Of a stretch of 64,000 nt of DNA, positions 57,438 to 64,000 are shown piece by piece. Numbering within the stretch: position 1 is the stretch's first letter; every line of letters starts with the position of its first letter. Source of the stretch: an uncultured Candidatus Saccharibacteria bacterium (GTDB lineage: Bacteria; Patescibacteriota; Minisyncoccia; UBA6257; JACOXY01); the NCBI GenBank assembly GCA_964357615.1, contig CAYHMC010000006.1, positions 7,144 through 71,143 on the forward strand. The letters run 5' to 3'. A program made the translations under genes and the position numbers. Under the pieces are notes generated by a model. The model did no database searches, was not told the DNA's origin, and worked only from the letters and a program-made list of their open reading frames with translations.

Positions 57438-57446
57438 AAATATAAA

Positions 57447-58040
57447 TTATACAAATATATAATGCAGAATACTATCAGCATGAGTGGCAAAATACGCAAG
57501 CGTCACATCAAACACAATATTGCCAAGCACAAGAGGAATCATAACTCTCCAAACAGGATATCTTGCAAGTCCGGCGGGGATAGTTAAGAAATCATTTGAC
57601 GCAGGGATAATACTACTATACAAAAAGCAGACCAGCATAAATAATTTTGGATTTTCTCTGGCAAGATGATTGATTCTATCAAACCACTTACCCATTTTTT
57701 CTGGCAAAATCATCCGCCCCTGATAACCGACAAAATATGAGGTTGAATCCCCAATCGAAACCCCAGTAGCCGCCAAAAATCCGAGTATAAATGGATTGAG
57801 TCCTCCGACAGCAAGCGTTACAAGGAGTACATGATAAGGAATAATATTAAATGTAGTAAACCCACCAAAAATTGCGGTTATAAATAGAAGTAGGTAAGCG
57901 TTTTGCACACCCACTAGTTCCACTATATAATCTGGATCCGAATGATTTAATAAAAATAGTGATACTCCTACCAAAAATAAAAACGGTGCTATACCAAGCA
58001 CATATTTTAATAGTTTCTTATTTTTTATTAAGGTCACCAT
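57447..58040 (-). CDS. DedA/VTT-domain membrane protein
   Basis: 197 aa polytopic protein with a DedA-like core. Confidence 0.6.
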   Translation of the reverse strand: MVTLIKNKKLLKYVLGIAPFLFLVGVSLFLLNHSDPDYIVELVGVQNAYLLLFITAIFGGFTTFNIIPYHVLLVTLAVGGLNPFILGFLAATGVSIGDSTSYFVGYQGRMILPEKMGKWFDRINHLARENPKLFMLVCFLYSSIIPASNDFLTIPAGLARYPVWRVMIPLVLGNIVFDVTLAYFATHADSILHYIFV

Positions 58041-58456
58041 TGTCGTGATTTATTAGGAGGAAATATTCTAATAATTCTTGCTTCGATTTGATTTTTGGAA
58101 TTGATGGAGCCGACAACAAGTACATAATCACTAAGTTTCAAGAAATCTATCGCAACAATCTGTCTGCCTTGAAAAATTTTAGTTTCGTTATTTAGAATTA
58201 TATTTCTAACATTACTGCCCCGGTCTGCAATATTAAATCCATTATCACGAATCTCTGTTATTACTCCAAAGTATTGTTCTTCGGCCCATTGGTGAAATAA
58301 AAATGTTTTAAATCCACCAGTAAATAAAAACAAATTGCTTATTACAACCAAAACTAAAATACCAACAGAAGTTAAAATAATATTTTTAAAATAACGATGG
58401 TCTCTTAACTCTTTTTTGCCTTCTGGTATTGGTTTTAATTCAATCTTGTTATCCAT
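58034..58456 (-). CDS. membrane-anchored hypothetical protein
   Basis: 140 aa with one TM segment. Confidence 0.4.
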   Translation of the reverse strand: MDNKIELKPIPEGKKELRDHRYFKNIILTSVGILVLVVISNLFLFTGGFKTFLFHQWAEEQYFGVITEIRDNGFNIADRGSNVRNIILNNETKIFQGRQIVAIDFLKLSDYVLVVGSINSKNQIEARIIRIFPPNKSRQW

Positions 58457-58598
58457 AATAATTTTTATATTGAAGCAGAAAATCTATGCTTATTAACCCT
58501 AACGGCTCTGAATTTTAATGTAAAATTCTTTGGCATTTTTACAATTACTAACTGGTATTGATGCGTGCGCGATCATGGTTTTTATAAATTATTAAATA

Positions 58599-59804
58599 CT
58601 ATATTTTTTTAAATATTTCCGGATTTTCCGCTCCGGAAACTTCTAAGACTGCCCAAGCTCCTTTATTCATTCTTGCTAAAGCGTGATCTACTAAAAGATA
58701 TTTTCCTGGAACATCCAATGTAAACTCAACAATGCTCGCTCCTCCCGGCAAGACAATCGCGGTTTGAGTATTACGCTCCAAAGCTCCACCTATACTGGCA
58801 TTCGGATAAACAATATTAAAAATTTCACCAATAACATGGAAAGAGGAAATGAGATTTACTCCTCCATTGCCTACATAAATACGAATTTTATCACCAACTT
58901 TTGCTTGCATCCTAGGTGTACCTTCAACACGACCATTAAATGTTACATAGTTAGGTATTCCGGAAAGTAATGCATCTGCATCAAAAACTGTAAGGCCCCG
59001 CTTGCCAAGCTGACCTTTTGTATAAAGTTCACCTTGCACAATATAAAATTCTTTATCAACTTTCGACAAACCTCCTTTTGGCTCGACAAGTATTAGACCG
59101 TATTGACCGTGAGCATTATGAGTTGAAACATTCGCAGTTGCACAGTGATAAACATAGAGACCGGGGTTTAATGCTTTCCACCTGAAAGTTTTTGTTTCTC
59201 CCGGTGCTACATTAGTAAGAGTTGCGCCACCGCCAGGACCGGTAACCGCGTGAAGATCTATATTGTGATTATGTAAACTTGTAGGATCATTGGTTAAAGA
59301 AAGCTCAACAGTATCTCCTTCTTTTATTCGAAGCATCGGCCCCGGCGCTTTTCCATTAAATGTCCAGTAATTAAAATAAATATCCGGTGCAACCTCACCA
59401 ATAACTTCTTTTGCTGTAATATTAAATCTTACTATTCCATCCGAATCAGGATTCATTGGTTTTTCTGGAACTTCATTTGGATCCGTTCCAATATCCGAAA
59501 CTATTTCAAAATTGTTAGAGTTTTTAAAAAAATCCCATATTTTATTAAAAGGCAAAGAAGGTGCCATGCCACCCATTGCTTCCGAATGCATAAACGGGGG
59601 CATCGCAAAATTTGGAGGATATGTTCTATTTGAAATTAAACCGGAAAAAAATACTATGACCAAAATTATTGCCGGTATATAAAATAACTTGTTTAACAAA
59701 AACTTTCTTATTTCTTTTTGTCTAAAAGCGAAAATTAAAATTGAAACTAAAGAAATTGCTCCAATGACCGCAGAAATTGCTTCCCAAAAAAGATAGTTAT
59801 ACAT
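58599..59804 (-). CDS. nirK: copper-containing nitrite reductase-like two-domain cupredoxin protein
   Basis: HNHNIDLHAVTG and YVYHCA...H copper-ligand motifs, with an N-terminal TM/signal segment. Confidence 0.6.
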   Translation of the reverse strand: MYNYLFWEAISAVIGAISLVSILIFAFRQKEIRKFLLNKLFYIPAIILVIVFFSGLISNRTYPPNFAMPPFMHSEAMGGMAPSLPFNKIWDFFKNSNNFEIVSDIGTDPNEVPEKPMNPDSDGIVRFNITAKEVIGEVAPDIYFNYWTFNGKAPGPMLRIKEGDTVELSLTNDPTSLHNHNIDLHAVTGPGGGATLTNVAPGETKTFRWKALNPGLYVYHCATANVSTHNAHGQYGLILVEPKGGLSKVDKEFYIVQGELYTKGQLGKRGLTVFDADALLSGIPNYVTFNGRVEGTPRMQAKVGDKIRIYVGNGGVNLISSFHVIGEIFNIVYPNASIGGALERNTQTAIVLPGGASIVEFTLDVPGKYLLVDHALARMNKGAWAVLEVSGAENPEIFKKI

Positions 59805-59859
59805 TTGCCTCTATTTTACCAAACTTACAGTAAGAAACAAAATTTTAAAGTCGGATAAA

Positions 59860-60555
59860 CTATTGAATTTTATCTGACTTCTGGAGATTGTGTTTCATGC
59901 AAAGCAACCTTACATTTTTTGCAGATAAACTAGTGCCTCCCCGAGAAAATGGAAGATCATGATCAAAGTGAAGATTTTTTGTTTCTCCACATGTAACACA
60001 TTTACCCTGATCTCTTTTCCAAACTTCCCTTTTAACTTCTGAGGGAATTAATCGTGTATGTTCTACTGATAATAATTTAGCGTTATTTTCTTTTCTATCC
60101 GAAAGCTTCAAAATAAACCGATATACATTTCGTCTTCCATCGTATACCTGATTATAGTCAATGAGATCAAAATATCCCTTAAGAGACCACACTCCGGGGA
60201 ATATTTTTTCATAAACTTTAACTAGCTCTGATGCATTTTTATTTTCTTTATATTCTTTTACCGCATCAATAAAACGACCATTTTGGGTAGATCTACCAGT
60301 TGGTAATTTTTCAGGTTGATCATCGTTTTTTGGATTATGATTATGCCCCCTCCTTGAAACATCATGACCTTCATATTCAATAGTTATTCCATCTTCGTGA
60401 ATTCTATCCTGATACGGAGCATTAGTTCTCTGAGACATTAGAATGACAGAATATGAATGATTCATTCTAAAATTCATACCACGCTGGAGGGTTTGTACAT
60501 TCTCAGCATCACACATTTCCCTGTAACTTAAGATGTCGTCTTGAATTTTAGTCAT
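59860..60555 (-). CDS. HNH endonuclease with N-terminal recognition-like domain (possible type IV restriction-like enzyme)
   Basis: The C-terminal CVTCGETKNLHFDHDLPFSRGG...HN HNH motif. About 170 aa of N-terminal domain of unknown specificity. Confidence 0.6.
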   Translation of the reverse strand: MTKIQDDILSYREMCDAENVQTLQRGMNFRMNHSYSVILMSQRTNAPYQDRIHEDGITIEYEGHDVSRRGHNHNPKNDDQPEKLPTGRSTQNGRFIDAVKEYKENKNASELVKVYEKIFPGVWSLKGYFDLIDYNQVYDGRRNVYRFILKLSDRKENNAKLLSVEHTRLIPSEVKREVWKRDQGKCVTCGETKNLHFDHDLPFSRGGTSLSAKNVRLLCMKHNLQKSDKIQ

Positions 60556-60564
60556 GTTGTTTAC

Positions 60565-60870
60565 TTACTTAAACTTCGTTACTTTAACCACTTTGCCTTT
60601 GCTATTATAAGTAGTCCAATCACCAGTTTGCTTACCATTTTTAAAATATCCCGAGCGCATTTTGGAACCTTTCTCTCCTCCTCGGCTGGCGGGCTTTCTA
60701 AACCATACCCAAAGGCCTTCCATTTTGCCATCGATCAAAGTTCCCCTTGCCCATAAAGATCCGTCATTATGGTATTTTACATATTTTTCTTTTTTAAGTT
60801 TTTTTATAGGCATAGATTTATTGTACCAAATTTTTATTACTCTCTTCCCAATAATAAGCCTCTCTTTCAA
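60565..60870 (-). CDS. MORN-repeat protein
   Basis: Repeated G.W..Y..G (MORN variant) motifs. Confidence 0.5.
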   Translation of the reverse strand: MKERLIIGKRVIKIWYNKSMPIKKLKKEKYVKYHNDGSLWARGTLIDGKMEGLWVWFRKPASRGGEKGSKMRSGYFKNGKQTGDWTTYNSKGKVVKVTKFK

Positions 60871-61378
60871 TTTGATCTAAAAAAGAAGATTTTGCATATC
60901 TATATGCCAGATAGTCGTTAGGATATTTTTTAAAATTAGTTTCTTTTAAATCAGAATATTGTTTAGCTTTTTCCGGAAAAGCTCTGAAAAAATCTCTCAT
61001 CACTAAAAACTGCCTAGTTTTAGGAGCATCTCTTTCGCAAACATGAATATGCTCTAGCCTTTCACCATCCTTGCCAAGCCTAAAGAATATTACTGTGTTC
61101 GGTGCAATATAGTTATCACCCCAATCATATCCAGCTTTTAACATTTCTTCTTTTTCTTTGGTGAAATCTTCAATTTTTTCTATAACAACTAAAACATCAA
61201 TAATCGGTTTTGCTTTCATGCCAAAAATTGCAGTGCTCCCTACATGCTCAATTCGAATCGCTTTATCACCAAAAACTCCTAACAAAAGTTGTCTAATAGA
61301 ATTAAACTGATTAACCCAATTTGAATCGTAATTAGAAAGGGAATATTTTCTTTGTATGTTTCTATCGAGTTCCTTCAT
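60818..61378 (-). CDS. GrpB/UPF0157 family nucleotidyltransferase-fold protein
   Basis: IRIEHVGSTAIFGMKAKPIIDVLVV motif. Confidence 0.6.
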   Translation of the reverse strand: MKELDRNIQRKYSLSNYDSNWVNQFNSIRQLLLGVFGDKAIRIEHVGSTAIFGMKAKPIIDVLVVIEKIEDFTKEKEEMLKAGYDWGDNYIAPNTVIFFRLGKDGERLEHIHVCERDAPKTRQFLVMRDFFRAFPEKAKQYSDLKETNFKKYPNDYLAYRYAKSSFLDQIEREAYYWEESNKNLVQ

Positions 61379-61401
61379 TGCAATCTTAGAGTTTATACCT
61401 T

Positions 61402-61791
61402 TTAACTTTTTGCCTGAAGTAAGCTCACACGATTACCTTCGGTGTCATCAAAAGAAACATATTTACCTATACCAGGAATTTCAATTGGTATACCAAGAAC
61501 CCTACCTCCGCTAGCTGTGACTTTTTTTATTGCTTCTTCAATATCAGTAACTGAAATTACTACAGAAGGATGTTGCGCTGAATCAGTTTTTTTAGGAAAG
61601 AAACCACCATTAATTGCGCCTGGGGTTTTTACCATTCTATTTTCGTCTGTTTCTGCAGTAGTGGCAGTAACATAACCGCCCATCTCCTCTCCAAACTTAG
61701 TCATATCCCAACCAAAAGCTTCTTCGTAAAATTTTGCTAATCTATCTTTATCTTCATAAGGCATTTCAAAATGTACTACTGAATTCTTCAT
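61402..61791 (-). CDS. VOC family (glyoxalase/bleomycin resistance) protein
   Basis: 129-aa paired beta-alpha-beta-beta-beta fold signature. Confidence 0.6.
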   Translation of the reverse strand: MKNSVVHFEMPYEDKDRLAKFYEEAFGWDMTKFGEEMGGYVTATTAETDENRMVKTPGAINGGFFPKKTDSAQHPSVVISVTDIEEAIKKVTASGGRVLGIPIEIPGIGKYVSFDDTEGNRVSLLQAKS

Positions 61792-62224
61792 ATTGTTTTA
61801 TTAATAATATTTGTTCTTATCTTAAACGATATTTATACGGTTGTGAAGATGTCCTTCTAGAACGGCTTTTTGTGATTTTCATTTAATACTTCATCATGAA
61901 ATAAAAAAGGCTCAACAAATATGTTAAAAGCCTCTCTAAGTTTTAATCAATCATTCATAATCAGTTAAATCATCGTCTATATCTTCTACTAGCAAACCAG
62001 TTTTCTTGTCTACGCATAATATTCTTCCTTCGTCATCAACGATAGCGAAGACCAGAACACCCTGTGGTGTTCTAAACGATCCGTCATCTGCTAGTCCTGG
62101 CGGTTTTTGCCCGATTGAATATCCCTCCATTAATTTTCCTTTCTTTTATCAACCTGCAAAATATACTTCTGAAACTATAGCTTTAAAAAACGTAAGAGTC
62201 AATAATTTAGGTTGATATTTTTAT

Positions 62225-62521
62225 TTATAGCAGTTCAATGCTTTTTGCGAGAGTTTTGAATCGCTCCCCATTTGGTTGAACTACCGTTATCGTAAGAATG
62301 CCAGTCTTGCTCGTTTTAATGTCTCTTACAATACCGGATTTTCCTGCGTGAGTGCCGGCCATTACCTTACATTTTGCGCCATCTTTAAGATTTTTATTTG
62401 AAGTAGGTTTTACACTTTTATTTTCACCATGCTTAAAACAAAAATCACTCCCCTCTTTTGCGGGAACAACACATTTCTTTCCTTTTGTATTCATTGCTCT
62501 ACAAATTTTTTTAGATGGCAT
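62225..62521 (-). CDS. zinc-ribbon plus KOW-like domain protein
   Basis: An N-terminal C..C...C..H segment, then a Gly/Lys-rich KOW-like segment. Confidence 0.35.
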   Translation of the reverse strand: MPSKKICRAMNTKGKKCVVPAKEGSDFCFKHGENKSVKPTSNKNLKDGAKCKVMAGTHAGKSGIVRDIKTSKTGILTITVVQPNGERFKTLAKSIELL

Positions 62522-62535
62522 AATTTTACTTTGAT

Positions 62536-62916
62536 TTAAGACGAAACAACAGCCTCAAAACCGCCATAAGCCATTTTACTTACTTCAAACGGCATTGGCA
62601 TATCTTTTTGGTCTGCATATTTCATACCCATATATTCCATTACTTTTTTATTTACCATATCGCGATGTGCTTTACTTTTGAATACTATAAAAGAAAACCA
62701 AACGGTATCATTTTTGCTTGCCTTAGCCATTTCTCTAAACGATCTTGGCTTCATACCACCAGTCGATTTTGTTACTAGATCATTTCCCTTGCACTCGTAG
62801 TATTCAAGTGCGCCAAACTTTTTCCAAACCTTACCTCCCTCTTTAGCCATTTTTATATATGCGGACAAATTCTTCTTTGAAACTGGAAACACAAATCCAT
62901 CTACGTATTTAGCCAT
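62536..62916 (-). CDS. DUF1428 family protein
   Basis: The MAKYVDGFVFPV N-terminus is typical of DUF1428. Confidence 0.55.
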   Translation of the reverse strand: MAKYVDGFVFPVSKKNLSAYIKMAKEGGKVWKKFGALEYYECKGNDLVTKSTGGMKPRSFREMAKASKNDTVWFSFIVFKSKAHRDMVNKKVMEYMGMKYADQKDMPMPFEVSKMAYGGFEAVVSS

Positions 62917-62960
62917 AGTTTTATAAATTGATTATTAATATATTTTAATCTTAATTTATC

Positions 62961-63185
62961 TTATCGATGTGGACAACCCACCCAGCAACAAGGCCTGCGC
63001 ATTCCGCCCTTCATCTTTGAAAGTGCTTTCTCTATACGAATGTTTCTTGTCTCCAATTTTTTACCAGATATAACCCAGCAAATCCACTCATTCTTAGCAA
63101 GCGGCGTAATATCATTCCATAATGCTTTTACTTTAGGGAGAGAAACAATTGCCTTTTTAAAATCAGCTGGAAGTTGGTGTGCCAT
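62961..63185 (-). CDS. YdeI/OmpD-associated family small protein
   Basis: LP.DF..A......A...W.....L....W...........ETR..RI.K pattern. Confidence 0.5.
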   Translation of the reverse strand: MAHQLPADFKKAIVSLPKVKALWNDITPLAKNEWICWVISGKKLETRNIRIEKALSKMKGGMRRPCCWVGCPHR

Positions 63186-63208
63186 ATAGGTGGAGATTCC
63201 TTTTTTGT

Positions 63209-63616
63209 TTATAAGATTATTTTATCAGATCTTTTATTCTGCGAACGAATGCCTTTGAAAAGCGGGTAGCCAAAGAGCATCATAAGCGCAATGTCCACTC
63301 CGACATTAATAAAAACTCCGTAGTAGATTGAGAACGCGGCTTCAACGATAAGCCAAGAAAACACACCATATAATAACGCCTTCATTAATTCCGTATCATT
63401 TTTGCGAAATGCATATCGCCCTACAAAGAAAAGCACTACGCTAAAGCCAATAAAAGCTGACCCATAAAGTCCGTTGCTCCAATCATTGTATACGTCGCTA
63501 GGGACAAATTTTTTATATACAGGAAGACCTTCTAGTCCGAATAGAGCATAGAATATGCCAAAAAGCACACCTATTGTTCCCACCACACTAAACCAATTTA
63601 TAAATTTCTGATTCAT
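63209..63616 (-). CDS. small membrane protein
   Basis: 135 aa with 4 TM segments. Confidence 0.4.
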   Translation of the reverse strand: MNQKFINWFSVVGTIGVLFGIFYALFGLEGLPVYKKFVPSDVYNDWSNGLYGSAFIGFSVVLFFVGRYAFRKNDTELMKALLYGVFSWLIVEAAFSIYYGVFINVGVDIALMMLFGYPLFKGIRSQNKRSDKIIL

Positions 63617-63625
63617 ACTACTATT

Positions 63626-63982
63626 CTACCAAGCTCCGATTATAGCGCCCATTGCAAGACAAGATACGAGCGATGAACAAGCTTCAAACAACCATAATTT
63701 ATATGATCTGCCCATCCAAATAACTTCTATTGAACTTGTTGTGAAAATAAATCCAAGCCAAACCCAAAAGGCAACAATCATTCCGTTTAGCGCACCACTG
63801 CCACCCATAAGCGGTGAGGTGGAAGCAAACAAATATACCATAGCCAAAACATAGGCAAAGAGAACATTCCCTAAATAATTCTTGAGCATCTGTGGCCACA
63901 TGTTAGATAGCTTTTCATTTCCTGTTGGATGAATATTGGAAAGCTCCATCCATACTTTCCCAAATAATTGCCCGTGAAACAA
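63626..63982 (-). CDS. small membrane protein
   Basis: 118 aa hydrophobic protein. Confidence 0.4.
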   Translation of the reverse strand: MFHGQLFGKVWMELSNIHPTGNEKLSNMWPQMLKNYLGNVLFAYVLAMVYLFASTSPLMGGSGALNGMIVAFWVWLGFIFTTSSIEVIWMGRSYKLWLFEACSSLVSCLAMGAIIGAW

Positions 63983-64000
63983 AAATCCAATTATAAAGTT

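Noticed and set aside
1-64000. CRISPR arrays or cas genes
   Set aside because: No run of regularly spaced direct repeats with unique spacers was seen. The repeated sequences present are the DGR TR/VR, the two terminator palindromes and the tRNA-linked elements.

Overview
The window is a low-GC (about one-third GC by eye), gene-dense bacterial chromosomal segment, mostly coded on the minus strand. The gene content resembles a Candidate Phyla Radiation / Patescibacteria genome: many small DUF-type, secreted and zinc-ribbon proteins, a type IV pilin, and conserved housekeeping genes (ftsZ, ftsA, ybeY, queF, htpX, lemA, groES and groEL behind a CIRCE operator, glyQS, recO, murB, a class II RNR, IMPDH, uppP, xth). 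Four tRNAs are present: tRNA-Ala(TGC), tRNA-Ser(CGA), tRNA-Arg(CCT) and tRNA-Ala(GGC).

The most notable features are these:
- A complete diversity-generating retroelement at about 9.9-12.4 kb: a reverse transcriptase with the DGR-type LGxxxSQ motif, an Avd-like four-helix-bundle gene, and a 129-bp template repeat / variable repeat pair. The 17 differences all fall on template-repeat adenines, and the variable repeat is the C-terminal coding region of a GC-rich target gene.
- Two paralogous structured elements of roughly 120-145 nt, each immediately 3' of a tRNA gene. Each is bounded by an inverted copy and a direct copy of that tRNA's T-arm/acceptor 3' end, and they share a conserved core with a fully compensated 8-bp hairpin. 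This is a candidate novel tRNA-linked RNA or mobile element.
- A 113-aa gene family with two copies. One copy is interrupted by a G9 homopolymer tract exactly where a one-base length change restores the full-length frame, so it is a candidate phase-variable locus.
- An 11-nt poly-C tract next to a 10-nt poly-A tract in the divergent RT/Avd promoter region.
- A structured non-coding region of about 415 bp closed by a 17-bp terminal stem, upstream of murB.
- A GH130 / GT4 / (alpha/alpha)6 / GH130 glycan cluster.
- An accessory island at about 43-48 kb with GC-rich hypothetical genes, tRNAs, a LAGLIDADG-like ORF overlapping a tRNA, and a shared promoter-like motif.

No rRNA and no CRISPR array were seen. 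All calls rest on motif recognition by eye; no database searches were run.
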